A stretch of 64,000 nt of DNA from Camelus dromedarius (taxonomy: Eukaryota), in the NCBI RefSeq assembly GCF_036321535.1, contig NC_087447.1:50718001-50782000 (forward strand). Reading direction: 5' to 3'. The translations under genes and the position numbers were made by a program. The notes beneath the pieces are model-generated. The model was not told the origin of the DNA. It searched no databases and saw only the letters and a list, made by a program, of their open reading frames with translations. Below are positions 38,884-52,753 of the stretch, one piece after another; the stretch's first letter is position 1; the number at the start of each line of letters is the position of its first letter.

Positions 38884-41800
38884 TGAATTATTCCACCAAG
38901 AAAATGAAAAAGCACGTACATAGGCCTAGCCAAATGAATAAGGAAATCCTTAAAGATCTACACATTCAATATATCATGACCATTGCAGCAAAGGAGTGAC
39001 TTTCTGACTAACGCTGCCAGCCACACAGAGAATGAGGAATGGGGCTTGCTGGATGTTTAGCTTGTGTCTTTATCTCATGTGTCTTCCTCACCCTAAGATG
39101 TTTAAAAAGAAACAGACATGATATGTATGTATATACTCGAATGCTGGAAAAATTGGGCTTTTCTTAACAGGTTAACGGTTTGTGCTGATCATAGGAAATT
39201 AACCTTTTTCTGTTTTTTGACAAGGCTCACATGTGACTTAAACTTTTCTTAATATTTGATTAAATAATGAAAACAGTCAGCTAGGGACTGGCAAAACCCC
39301 ATATCCAGACGGCCAGCTGTGAGGCAGCACTTAGCTGTGTCAGCCTTGATTTATATTTTTTTCATAGTAACCTCATGGATGGTTTTCTAAGGTGAAAAAC
39401 AACTATTCATGGGATTTTGGTAGTTCTTCACTGTCTGCCTCTGTGCTAGTTGGAGTGTCAAAGCAAGTATAGACCTGCCACTGGGTTTTATACTCGTCAC
39501 ATTCCAGATTTGCAGTGGGCTCTTGGGTTTCTGTGTGTGGTCACAGCCTAGCAGAGTGGATAGGTCATCTTGTACCCTTTATGAAGGCCACCAGGACACT
39601 GGTGGAATTTGCACCTCCAGCCAGTTAAAGATGGTTACTCTGTTTCCTTTGATTTCAGCAGATCTTTAAGTTGTCACTGTTTTAATGGCTAGGCAGTTAC
39701 GATCGGTGGCCTGACCTACCCGTATTTCATCCTCCTAGCATAACTTATTTGAAGTTACTAGTGAATGTCGTTATACTCAGACTTTTTAAATTATGCAGTG
39801 TTTTCCAGTTATCAGAGAGGCCATAGTTATGCCCAGAGAAATGTGTTGGGTTAACTAGAGCTAAAATGATCAGGATCCTACTTACACAGAGCTTATTAGA
39901 ATACCTGCTCCTTCATTTTTTTTTTTTTGAAGAAAATAGATATAAGGGTTGAAAACAGCTCTAACTTACTTGAACTTGTAACAGAACTACCAAAAATGGC
40001 AGTGAAATCTCATTGTAAGGCAGCTAGTTCTAATTTGGATTTGAATGTATAACAAACTGAATCACTCTTCACTTAACACCTGCCTGGAGTTAAAAAACCT
40101 GACTTTTTGACCCCTTCACTCATATATCATCATATTTGTGGCTCTGTACCATTTAGCATTTTTACAATTTTTTTCCTGCTTATACAGTATTATAAAATCC
40201 AGATTGTTTTTACTACATAGTGTCATAACCCCAGATTAAATTCTGAGCTACAGCTTCTAAAGGAAAATCATTTTCTTCTTATGCAAAAGTATAACACTTC
40301 TCTATCATTTTTCCAGTATTCAGTAAGTAGCCTTGGTACAAATTTAAAACCAATACGAATTTTGTTTTTCTTCACCTGCTGGCCTTAGTTTTTAGTCCAA
40401 GTACTATTTTCCTTCCTTTAGCATGCCAACATGCCATTAGACAGATACTTCCACCTACTTTTATGATCCTCTAGCAAGAAAAACACTTGCCAACATATAA
40501 ATCTAAAAGAACTTTGGTTGTGCCTTAGGAAAATATAAACTAAACAGTTCCAACACAAGCCCACAAGACTGTTCTTTCTTTTCCCACGTGGTTCTGATGT
40601 CTGGCTACATTTCATGTGCAGCTACCTAGACTATCAGCCATCTGACGTTTTTAAACGAGGTCATTTGTTTCACACCATTGTCTTTTTGTACTTTTCACTA
40701 AAATGCACTTCTGCATAAAGGATCTGTGTATAGAAATAAAGGCAAATCCCTCCTGACAATGCTGCTAAACGCTTTGAGACTGAGGTTCTGCAGTATTAAA
40801 GTCAGATTATGGTACAGAGCACACCCTGACACTGAGGCCCTTTAGAAAGAACAGTTTGTTGAATGAGCAGTTCAGCCACCACCATCTGTAGTTTTCTTGT
40901 TGAATAAAGTTGCCCAGCACCTCATCAGAGACTTGTAACACAGTGGCCAGAACTTCAAAGACCCTTGTTTCTGTTGTGTAAACAACCAGCAAGAAAGCTC
41001 AGCAAAAAACATTTTAGAAGTGTTGAGCAGAAAGCGGAGACTAAATCCAGACTCTAATTTTCCAAATTAGTTTCTGCCTCAACATGTGGCTCCCTTTTTA
41101 GCAACCTGTTAGCACACTCAGGGTTTTGTGCCATATCAAATACTGCTGACCTTTAGGATATTACTAAATCGTCTCTATTTCAGTGGCTTTATTTTTTCCC
41201 TTCTAGGATTCTGCATTGTATTATTACAGGGTTATTAACACACACCTCCCTTTATTTTCTTGAGATTTCCTATTAACTGGAGGTACAAACACCTGCTTCC
41301 TGCTGAGCAAATAATGGTTTGTTTGCGTATCATCTGATGTGAAAGGTGCTCATCTGTGAGCCGTATAGCAAATTATATTTTAGAAAACAGTACTTTATGA
41401 GGATGCCAAAAAAAAGCAATTGGCTTGCACATTTTAATATCCTACCTAGGCTACTATTTTCACTCCAGAAAATTGAAAGCACCTTGACTCTTTTTAGGGG
41501 AAAAGCTAGGTGAAAGGTGGTTGTGTTCATCTGATTGGCCACTTACTCCCCACCTTGGTGCTTTCATGAAACATTTGCACACCTGAAGAAATCCCTTTAT
41601 CCTTGTGGTATTATATAAATTAATGATTAACAGGAGAAACATTTGTTTTTGAATATTCCACAAATGAGAACCCCAAATAGTGGTATTTGGCTTGGAATTA
41701 GATCAGATATTATGGTTTAACCTCACAGCAAAATTTCCAGGACTGGGCTTTCCTCACACCAAGAGGGCTTTTCGTATACCAAGGAGAGGAAGAGGTGAAG

Positions 41801-42540
41801 TAAGAAAATCAAGAGGCCAAAAACTTCAGGTACATTATGCATGAAATTTTTTAAATGCCTGAAAAAAAACTAAGTTGTTTTAGTGCCAACACCTTCAGAA
41901 TTTATCCAGAATTCCTAAAGGTGACTAATAATTTAGTTTAAGGTTTTTTTTTTAATGAGTCCTATGGTTGCATATTACTTTGCTCTTGGAAAAAAAAAAT
42001 CTGTTTCTAAGTTTAATAGTTTTATTTTAGCTCTCAATTTCACATTTACATGACAGAGAAAAATATTCTAACCCCATGATTTATGATGTGCTACTGAATA
42101 AGCATTTATGTATAACTGATGTTTCAAAGAGAACCAACTTTAACTGGAATTTGCAACTATGGCGATTTGCAGATCTACCTCTGTCTTGCATTTTGCATCA
42201 TATCAATGCCCTAATATAATTAGTTTGAACATTTTTGTCTTATCATTCAGTGTCCAGAATTACAGCTTATTCACCATGGGGTAAACATTTGGAAATAATG
42301 ACTAAAATTTGGCTAAATGTAGTTTAAAACCCGTTGTGGAAGGGAGCTGTAAAGTGAAAAAAGTCAAGACCCATCTGAATGGAAAAGTTCAATACTGTTT
42401 TTTAAACTGCTGCAATTCCTTTAAGAATAAGGAAACTTTTTCTTTTTTTAATTATGTCTAATTGTAGTTGCTGGATGGAGAGCAACTGCCAGTACTACTG
42501 AGGTTTATGTGAGCATACCACTAGACGTAACAGTTTCTCC

Positions 42541-43007
42541 TGTTGTGGGAGAAGGCCTTTCCTCTACTCTCTTAGATTCAGTTTTGGGGGGCCAGTGAAA
42601 TAAAGTGACAAAGGACAGATTAGCAAGAGAAAGGGCAGGTTCTTATTTACCTACATAAATGAGAGTTCAGAAAAAAAGTGTGACTTGAAGCAGAATTTGG
42701 GGTTTATATACAATCTTAATAAGAGATGGGGCATTTAGAAGAAAAACAATAACTTTTAGGAAAGATAAATGGGCCCTTAAGAGAATAGATAGGAGATATG
42801 ATAGTTCTGTGGAAATGTCTTTTCAGATGTGGCACTGAAACTCCCAGGGGAGAGGATTTATGACAGTTGAGTTCTTTAGGGAAGTTCTGCTTTTAGGCAG
42901 ATAAAAGGAGCTCAGAAAAAAACCCTCTTGCATCTGTTGATTCTCAAATGCATTCAGCTCAAAATATTTTTTTTTAATGCCACAGTTGTGTATTCTGGAT
43001 CCCTTTA
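42541..43007 (-). mobile_element. ERV1 3' LTR (MER34/MER4-group-like)
   Basis: On minus it starts TAAAGGGATCCAGAATA...TATTTTGAGCTGAA and ends ...CAACA. It is preceded by a polypurine tract AGGGGAAA (43015-43008). Confidence 0.75.
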
Positions 43008-45860
43008 TTTCCCCTGTCTAAAACTTTCCAAGAAGTTTCACAAACCAGAAGCCAATATGGTGGCTGTGGAGAGAAGATTCAGGTTAGAAATTAGGAGATA
43101 AGAGATCTGCACAGGGAAGGAAGACATAGATTTATGGTGAAATAAGAGGAAAAGTAGAAATTAATAGTTGGACCAGATTACAAACTCAGTTTTCGAGTGC
43201 AGAGGGCAGTCAATCAGGATTTCTAGATGTTAGTCTCCACTTTAAAAGTGGAATAGGATGGTAGTGGCAGTTTCATAACACAGTCATTTCCCAGAGCTCA
43301 GAGGACCGTGTTCTGGTGAACTTCCTCAGTGGCCCAAACAGTTGGCGGTGGTAAACCCCTTAAAGTTACATCAAACTGTTGCGCTCCAGCTTGGAGGGCC
43401 TCAGGAGAGGGAAAGTTTTAGTTCTTAGTGATGCCAAGTCAGGAGGGTAGTAATGGAAATGTTAATTAGTGACAAAATGCACAAGGTGGCAGGATCCAGC
43501 TTACAAAGAGGTGAAAATAGCTCAAGGAGAATGAACAGGACTAGAATCTGATACTCCACAAGGGTATATTATAGTTTCCCATTGAAACATAAAATTTCTC
43601 TTTATAGCCACCCAATTTTTATCAAAGATAATCAAGGTAAGACTTTTTGTTTGCAAAACAAGTCTAGTCTCATCAAACCCGGCTTGATTATGTCAGTACA
43701 ACAAGAAAAGTAATTGATGACATAGGCCTTTTGAACTTTAAGAATCCCAGATTGGACTTTTAAAAGCCTCAAGGCTAGGAATCCAAGCCAAGAACTTGGC
43801 ATCAGACTTCTCTTGCATTCCTACAGATTTGGATGAAGTCCTCCTTTTCCAGGTCCCCAAAATATCCTAAGCTTCCTGGGCTTGCCAGGAAGCAGCCTTC
43901 CTTACTCACCTGTAAGACTGGGACCCCTTTAAACCAGGTACTAGGCCAGTTTTCCAGGAGGGCTTTGTCTTAAGGAGGGTTTCCTTAAAGTCAGCCTTTG
44001 TTCCTTAAAACTGCACATCATCCTCAAATACAACATTCTAGTCAAAGCCTTGGTAATATAACCAGTGTTTCCAATTGTGTCATGTTATAAGGAGAATAAA
44101 TTCTTATTGAACTTATTCAAATACCTATATTGCCATGAAAATAAATATTCAATAAGAATTTTTTCAAAATTTTGGAGAGTTCAAGCAGGGAGAAAAGATA
44201 AATGTTTCATTTTTGCTTGCAAAGATATAATCTAGTAAATTGCTGTAAGTTATGGATAGCTTAAGAGAAAAGGGGTTCCTTAAATCCAGAAAACAGAACA
44301 TTAAAGAGCCAGCAGTATTCCAAGCAAAAGTCATAGAAGGAATTGTAATCATTCTTTTTCAGTCTGTTCAGCCCCATATGATAAATTCAAGTCTTTCTTG
44401 ATTTGACTTAGCAATTTTATGAAACCATGAGCTTCTCCATTAGTTCTGGAAATCCTTATTCAGTCCAATGCTATGATCTTAAAGTTATGTAAGTAATGAC
44501 CCTGGAAGCCTGTACCTCAGGACCTGTTGTAGTCTTTTCCATCAATCTCTGAGAATTTGTTGTTGAAGATGAAGCCTGTAGCTGATTACACTAATTTTCA
44601 GGAAAGCATCAAAGCAAAACAATACCTCTGAATAACAAAGGGCTCAAAATGTCTGTGGTTAAAGATCTGATGAGAGTTCATGAGAATGCAATTAACAAGA
44701 AAATTTGGTTGTCTCCATGACATTCAACATTTTAAAATAACTGGAGTTATGACTGATCACATTACACCAGGACATATCATGACAGCTGTGACATTAACAA
44801 ATTTCTGGAAATTTTATGCGGTTCCTGAAATACTTACATTAATAACATATACCCATTCAACTATAACCTAGGAAAGGTTAAGCATCGTTTATCTGACAAT
44901 GCTTGCCATGCAATTTAACATTTCAAATAAACCTAGTTAGTTTAACACCTCTCTTTTTGCAAGATGAGAGAACAAATCCTTTCAGATTTTCCAGGAGCCC
45001 TCTGGGATAGCTCAAAGCCAGTTAAGAGGTCAAGAAGACTTCGTTTAGAATTTGATTTGGGGAAGTTGTTAAAAGGTTTGAACACTTGATTAAATAAAAT
45101 TACAGGTCACTGAAAAAAAACTTTAATTACTCATGTAACCAAAGCGACAGTAATTACAGTCTCTTATTAAGAACAGGCCAAGAAACTTTGTCCTTTTAAC
45201 AGAGAGGGAATTTAAACCTCTAGTTTTGCATTTGTATGCTATTGAGCTCATTTTTTTTAAAATTATAAATAAATGCATTCAGTCTTAACCAGCTAGACCA
45301 CATGAATAAGATACTCTCCTCATCCCTCTTCCCCTCTCTCTCCCCCACCTTCCCCCACCTCCTGCAGGCCCTTTACAACTTTCTATGCCCAGTCAGGTTT
45401 TTGTCCTTTACTTCCCTCTTTCTCATTCTGGAAAACCATTAGACAACCTCTAAGCAACTACCTTAGGACAAAATTACTCTCCTTTTTTCCTTAACAAAGA
45501 CACATCTTTCATTTCTTTCAGACCATTCAAGATTGTTTCCATTCTTAATTGTTTCTAATCTATATTGATTAGAATTCTTAACCCTTAGTAACCTTAACTT
45601 CCAGTGAAAATGAGAAGGTGGGCAACTGTAAACTGCCACACATCAGCATTCTGTAGTAAATGAACAAATTTATGAATATGCCACCTCGATTTACCGAGGC
45701 ATATGTTTCTTTATAGTACAGTCTTTGAATGTGGTGAAAGAACATGCTTATAAATGGACCCAAATATTTTAGTCTCTGTAAAAATGAGAAGTAAAAAGTA
45801 GATAAATTTATGCTTAGTAATTAATGTTTTAGTATTTTACTTATTTGGAAATAACTTAGA
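43008..45860 (-). mobile_element. Non-coding MER4-group ERV1 internal sequence, 5'-truncated (no second LTR seen)
   Basis: Contiguous with the PPT/LTR; MER4-int-like motifs (agtcaaagccttggtaatataaccagtgtttccaattgtgtc); no long ORF. Confidence 0.7.
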
Positions 45861-46674
45861 CCCAGGTATAGATACTGCTTCACTTGAAATTCATACTGAA
45901 GATAAAACTAAAGATAAGACTTTAGACCATAAACTTTCACCTTGAGAAATGAAAACTTGACATCATTGAGGGAAAAGTGGAAAACAAAGTTGGCAATCAG
46001 AGCAGCTTAGGAGAAGACAGACTGCTAAAGAAGTTAAGCAGTGTTAATGCCAACGAAATTTCTGTCGTTCATGCACATCCAGCCATTGGAAATAAGCAGG
46101 ACTGAGCCCCTTTTAAGTATCTAGTGTTGTTTCACAAGGCCTTCGTTGATCATTAAATCTAGGAAATTGCTGCCTGTTTTGATTAGCAGCTAGTGTAGAA
46201 AATGATCACAAGAATATTTTCTGCTAGAAAACCCTAAAACCCACTCAATTACAGGCCTGCAGGGGACCTAGAATTGCCCCACTCCATTTAGCTCAGCAGT
46301 TGTCAGTATTATAGCACCAACCACAGGTCACATTTTGCTCACAGTTCCTTTTCAACCCTTTTAAACAAGACCTGCTTCATTGCTTTAAAGAGCACAATGT
46401 TGATATGCCAGACCAGATTTAGTAACTGAAATATTAATTTAAATATTCACAAAAATGTTGTAGAGCTTCTGAAACTTCTCTGGCAAACATCAGATCTGCA
46501 GGTCATGACTTTTAAATTGAGTTGCAGAAGTAACTCTTAAGGTTGCAGCAGAAGCACATTTATTAGAGAAATCATTAAGCATGTAAATATGGTTCCCTAC
46601 AAACACTCATCCTGACTTCTTCTGCACCTAAGAGAAAATGATAAAAATGTTTTAGGATATCACAAGGCTCTGTA

Positions 46675-46860
46675 CCAGGGGTTGGTGAACTGCATACAGC
46701 CCACAGCTCAAGTCCAGTCTGCAGTTATATGGCCTGCAAGGTAGGAATGACTTTAACATTTCAGAGGTATTATTTAAACATACAAAAAGAAAGAAGAAGA
46801 GTACGCAACAGAGATGTGTGTGGCCTGCAAAGCCTGGGAAGTGCACCACCTGGTTCTGGG
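46675..46860. mobile_element. hAT-type MITE (MER58-like)
   Basis: Starts CAGGGGTTGGTGAAC and contains atatggcctgcaag motifs. Confidence 0.5.
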
Positions 46861-49800
46861 AGTTTGCTTCCCCTTCTCTGGACCTTCAGCAAATGTGGAA
46901 GGACAGTGGTTCTTCCCACTGCACGTCTCTGCAGGGTGATTCCCGTGTGTATTTGTCAGAATGAAAGTGTTTTACACATTTCAGATATCCCTCACTTTCT
47001 GGTGAATGTAATCACAGAATTTGTGTTTAAGTATTTACACTATAAATTATTTCTTCATATCAAATTTATTAGATTGGTGACAGCCTGCTGCAAAGTGCCT
47101 AGACCTTCGGGGGAAATTATGTGATTTTGTTTTCATTATAAGGGGAATTCCATTCCCTACTGTAAAGTCCAAAAATGCTAGTTGCATTCAGCTTTGAGTT
47201 GGCTTCCAAGAAAGTTGAGATCATTTGCCCATTTTTTGTCTCATGCTGTATGATATGTGTCATATTGTAACTGTCAAGGAACTAATAAGCTCTCATAGTC
47301 AGGTGCACCTTTTTTTTTTTTTTTTAACTTTCTAAAAGGAAAAGTTCAAAATCCTTTCCACAAATAGTCCTGTTTCTTTTGGCTCTTTTAGAGCTAAATT
47401 ACTTAGTACCAGTTAATAACAGGATCATTTTAAGAAATAGATACTAACATCATTGCTGTTTAATGTACTGATAAAGCATTGTTTACTCTCAAGCATTTCC
47501 ATACTTTTGATTTGAGTCATTTATCAATGTGACCATTAGATAAACTGTTCAAGCTAATATAGGGTTTCCTAGTTTCATTTTGGTGCAGATACTTTTTCTA
47601 CTAGCAATTATTTAATAAACATAGGTTGTCCTGGATATGTATAAGGACATTTCCAGGTGGTCTAAGACCTGTTTATTCACTTTTTCCATTTGATTTGCTA
47701 ATGCCACAGTCATTTTTCTAGAAGATAGAATTACATATTTTTATCTAGTCTGCTATAATGTAGGCTATATTTCAGCATTAATTTCTATAGGTGAAAGCAT
47801 TAAATGGTAGTTTTGAGTAAGACTTCTGGTAATGTTTTATCCCTGGTTTATATTTAATGTACCTATACATTTATGTAAAGGCATATATAAAGGCAGGACC
47901 ACACGTTTAGTTGAACAGTTTGTGCACTACACAGTGGTACCCAGTTGGGAGAGGGGGTTAGAGGCTGACACCCAGCCTGTGCTTAGCTTGTCATGCATGT
48001 GCCTTGGTAGGGTTGTGTCTCAAAACACCATTTTCCAGTTTCTAAGTCATAGGTGCTGTCTAGGCCAGCAGCAATTCTATTCATGGGAGGGATGTTTAGT
48101 AACTATGCTGGGACTTTTTTTGTCATTAGTCTTGAAGGATCCTATGGTAACTTTCTACTCTGAGCCTGGGTAAGTTACAAGGTTAAAAGCTGATAAATTT
48201 TCAATTAAACTTTAATGATCCATGTGTACACAGCATTCTCAACTTGAGGAGCTCCGAAGTAAACACACGAACCTTCCAGCTTCACACAATGAAGGAGAAC
48301 AGGTTGGAAACAGAAAAAAAAATGTACTGCATAAGCCACATATGTCTAGGGTTCTGCCTTTGGCAATGACCAAGTGCCATGTATATACAACATGTAAAAC
48401 AAACTAGAATTTCCTACAATTCATCAACTCACCTAGTTTTGCAAACCACAGCTTTTCAAATATTAGCTTTCCTAGCTGAGCCTGCTGGAATTGGTAGTTT
48501 CAATCACTGTAACATATGATAATGTCCTTCCTTTGTGCGTAAGGGAGAAGTAGCCTTGCCTGGATCAATAGGTAGAGCTGGCAAGAGGTGAGCTGAGAAT
48601 CCTTGCCTGACAGGACACAATTTGGACTGTGCTTTGCAAAAGCGATGACCGAAAAGGAGTTAAGATTGCTTCAATTCCACGTCTGAAGTCACCCTGCCAC
48701 ACACACTCCCAATACACAAGCATCATCATTTAATTTAAAGAATTTTTATTGAGCTTACTCTGGGCTCAACTCTGACATGTCTGAGATAGTTTTTCAGCCT
48801 TTTTTTTTTTTTTCCCTTCAGCTCTGGACTAGAATGCGAAATGGATCTACCTGGGTGAGAAAGAAATCAGGAACTTCCTCATTCGGTAGCCTAGTCCCAA
48901 AATAGGAATTGATTCTCAAAGGAAAATGTGGAGAAAGTGTGAAAAAGAGAAAATTCATTTCTTGAGCCCTATTATGTGCCATATGGCACTGTGCCATCCA
49001 TTCAACAAACTGGAAAGTTGTCATGTTAGGAGCTAGGAGTACAGTGGAGAACAAGACAGACACCCTGCCATTTGGCCCCTGCAAGCTAGTGTCTAACAAA
49101 TAAATGAGATGGGTGTAGGGAGCTCTATGAGTGTGCCCTAGGGGATTGGAGAAGGGAAGACTTCCCCGAAGATGAACATTATGTTAAGAACTGAAGGATG
49201 AGAGGAATTAGGAAAGGAAAAAGACTGGTTATTGCAAAGAGAGCAAGAGGTGAGTGGAGAGATGAACAGGAATTAAGTCACAAAGGGCTTTGAAAGCCAT
49301 GTAAAGAATTTGAATTTAGAAAGCTCTTGAAAGGGTGGAGAAAGGACTGAAGGGAGCCAATGTGGATGTAGGGATACCAGGCAGGAGGGGAAGGCAGTAG
49401 TCTGAGTGGGAGATAACGGTGGACAGAGAGGCACTGGAGGTGGAAAATCAGATATATGAGTTATACAGAAAGAAGCATATTTGGGTGAGTTATCATTGAA
49501 ATAAGTTTAGAATTTGTTGAGTTTGAAGTTCATGTGAGATATATATATATCCTGGTGGAGAGCTTCAGGATAGTTTTTTTTTAAAAAAAATAGTGAATCT
49601 GGAGCTCAGCTGAGAGATCTGAGCTGAAGACAGAAATCTGAAAATCAAAAGCATACATGGTATTTGAAGCTATGGGAGTGGATGAGTCATGGAAGAAGAG
49701 GGTCTCAGACTGAGTCCTAGAAACCAAACTATTTAAGGATTAGGTAGAGGAATTTTGGAGGACAAGGACACCTCCAACCAAAGAGAATCATCAGTCACCT

Positions 49801-51660
49801 GAAAAGGAAGCTGGGGTAAGGGCCTGTGTTCTAGTTCCTCAGGGTCTGTGGATGATGCCAGCGATGGGCTGGGTTCAGCTGTGGCTGTTGGCAGGGCTAG
49901 TGACGTGGTCCTTCACATGGCACGAGGGGTAGAGGGAGTGACCCTGACCCGACACTGCATGGAGGCAGCAGGCTCGGAGTTGGAGCCCACTGGCATTAGT
50001 CCTGGCCGACTAATTACTGTCGGGAAGTAGCTGTTACATACTTCCTGTCCTGTTGTCAGCCTGGCTTAGGATCCTGGTCCTCCACTGAAAAGCTATGTGA
50101 TTGTGTCCAAGTCACTTAACAGTAAATGCTGGATTCTACACCTGTAAGATGTAGGATTGTCTTAAGGGTTAGCACCATGGTGCAGTATGTAGCATCATGG
50201 TGTTTTCTGAATAGGCTCCTTCCTGTAAGAGTGCCTGGCCTGGGCCTGCCAGGGGTACCTCAAAACTTCTGGACAAAATCCTGAGGAGTCACCCCCTCTT
50301 CTGGATCCCTCTTCCATCAAACAAGGGACCAACCAACTTGCCTTCCCGTCTGGTTATCAGGTGCCGACAAGTGCCCACAGCACCTGTTTGCCTTGGAGGT
50401 GGGAACGGGTTCCTCTGCCTTATCCCACTCCAGGTTTTCTGAATAAGGTGTAGCAGCACAAGCACTGGAACCTAAACCTTTCACACTAGATTAAAACACC
50501 TGCCCATTGTAAAGGTGAGGGCTGAAAAGGAGTTGGGATTACTTTCATTCTACCTCTGAACAACACACCTTTCTGAAACCACCCTGCCACACACGTTCAG
50601 CACATACATCTAAGTTCCTCCCTGGCTACTCCAGAACCTTCCTAGAGGGTCATCACTGCCTATCCTAAAGTCTGTTCATTTTAATCCAATAAATTTACCC
50701 CCATTTAACTTTCTCCCCACTTCAGTTCATCCCCAAACTGCTCAAAAGACATTTCTGCCAAGAAGAAAAGATGAGTTTTTAGGGAGCTTGAAGAAAATAA
50801 GTTAACAAAATGAAGTCATTGGGCCAACCCGGATGGATGTCTGCTCTGCGACAGGCCGTGGACTCTCAGCCCTGAGTGGGGACAGGAGTTGCTCTGTCTG
50901 AGGAGGAATATGGTCAGGCCCCTCCCTGGGGCTGTGCCCTTGCCTTCATTTACCCCAGGCTGAATTGGTGCTTTCATCCTCTTTCAGTCCTTCAGCCACC
51001 ATGAAGTTGCCAGTAGGACTGGCGATCCCTAGTCCTCCAGATACCTCTCACCATCCCCATCCAAAACCTACTTGCAAGCTCCTTCCCCTTCTTTCCCACT
51101 TCTTCCCACCATTCACTTCCACCTCATACTTATCCTCACTCTTTTCTCATCCAGACATCCCGTTCACCCCTACCAAGCCCCTCTGAATTAGCAAGGAGGA
51201 CAAGGAGCCTGGGGAGTTGGCGGGGGGGGAGACATTCTCACAGAACATGTAGTTAAGTCACCAAGCTCTGAGGACACCATTCCTGCCCAGTTCAGGCCTG
51301 GGCCTCACACCTCTCTCATGGATCACTCTATCCCCTGATCTGGGTTCCCTTCCCCTACTCTGGCCCTCCAACATCTATACCACAAATGGGCTGCTATAAT
51401 GAACTCTTGAAAAGAGATACAAACTCGTCAAAACTTCCAAAGGATCAACTTAAAACTCCAGGTATGGCATTCAAGGCCCTTCCTAGGAACCTCTAATTTA
51501 TCTTTGCACCTTCAACTCCCAATATTTACCCCTCTACCTACATTAAACCTGGCATGTTACACAGACACGACCTATTTATTCCCACCTCTGCCAGAGTGTC
51601 CTGTCCCTCTCTACACGGCTCTTTACCTGCTGGACAAACGCCTTACCACCTCAAAATCCA

Positions 51661-52056
51661 TGTGGTAGGTTAAATATGGCCACAAATTTTTGGAACTACT
51701 CTTCATCCTTTGTATCTGGATTGGTCTTGTGACTTGCTTCGATCAACAGAATGTGGTGGAAGTGACATGTTGCAAGTTCTGAAGCCCAGGCCTCAAGAAG
51801 GCTTGTAGTCTCCACCATCACCATCTTGGAATCCTGAGACCCACATGCCCTGAAGCAGCCCAGGATGAAAGAGTTCACGAGAGTGAGCCCAACTCCCAGC
51901 TTACACATAGCTGAACAGAGCCACATGAGAGACCCCAGGTGAGTGCGGCACAAGAACCTCCAGGCAACCCACAGAATCTCAAAATAATAAATGCTGGTTG
52001 TTTTAAGGCATTAAGTTTTGAGATGGTTTGCTACACAGCAGCAGGTAACTGATACA
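51661..52056 (+). mobile_element. MaLR solo LTR (MLT1 family)
   Basis: TGTGGTAGGTTAAATATGGCCACAAA ... ttttgagatggtttgctacacagcagcaggtaactgataCA. Confidence 0.85.
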
Positions 52057-52596
52057 GTGCACTTCTAATGTGAAGTCTTCCCTGGCTCACTCAGGTTCCT
52101 CCTCCAAGTTCCCTCTGTGTTTTGTACACATCACCTCACTTTATAGTTATTTAGTATCTGGCTCCCCCAAGAGATAGTGAGCTCTTGAGGACCAGGGCTA
52201 AGTCTGATTCGTCTCCCTCTCGACCACTCACAGTGGTAATGGGATGAAGCCCTTGATCCCTTGCCAAGTTCAGTATACTCAGATGTCATTAATGTGTTTA
52301 GAAAGTGCCTAGATGAATATTTCCCATGCAAATTACTCAACAAAGATTTTAAAGCACATCCTGTGTTAACAGAACAGGTCCTAGGCCCTGGAGTTGCTCT
52401 CAGTCTAGCAGCTGGTCGTTACAATAAAGCATCAAAGTGTTTCAGTCAAGTGTATTGCTGGGAGTGTACGAGACAGCTGGTGGATGGAGGAGTCAAGAAA
52501 ACACCTAGAAGAGAGAACATTTAGCTTCAACATAAAGGGTAAGCAGGACGACAGTGTTGGAAGGAAGTTTGTAGCTGTCCCCCACTTTCCTCCCCT

Positions 52597-52603
52597 TATA
52601 AGA
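52597..52603 (+). promoter_or_regulatory. B3GNT6: Candidate TATA box of B3GNT6
   Basis: TATAAGA about 150 nt upstream of a strong splice donor at 52753. Confidence 0.5.
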
Positions 52604-52626
52604 AGGAAGGATGCATGGACTGGTCA

Positions 52627-52753
52627 GATTCGTGAATACTGAACTAAGCCACCATCCTAGGGGTGAGGCCTCAGCCTGTGAAAGAACGGGGTTAAAGGTA
52701 GGTCCCAGGCTGGGGATGGCTCCTGTCTGTTTCTTCTCTCTCAGACACTCAAG
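52627..52753 (+). other. B3GNT6: Probable non-coding first exon of B3GNT6 (start approximate)
   Basis: Ends in AAG|GTAAGG. The sequence caggctggggatggctcctgtctgtttcttctctctcaga resembles the human B3GNT6 5' UTR as I recall it, and the CDS ATG sits directly after a splice acceptor. Confidence 0.7.

Larger units (their letters stand above)
38884..48230 (+). other. ACER3: Probable long ACER3 3' UTR, interrupted by an ERV fragment; 3' end uncertain
   Basis: AT-rich, largely non-repeat sequence after the stop codon. Candidate poly(A) signals: AATAAA at 40735, 40903, 42599 and 47614, and ATTAAA at 48204. Confidence 0.45.

Noticed and set aside
50440..50520. Alternative B3GNT6 first exon ending AAAG|GTGAGG
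   Set aside because: Only a donor-like motif supports it; the 52753 donor has a TATA box and recalled UTR similarity.
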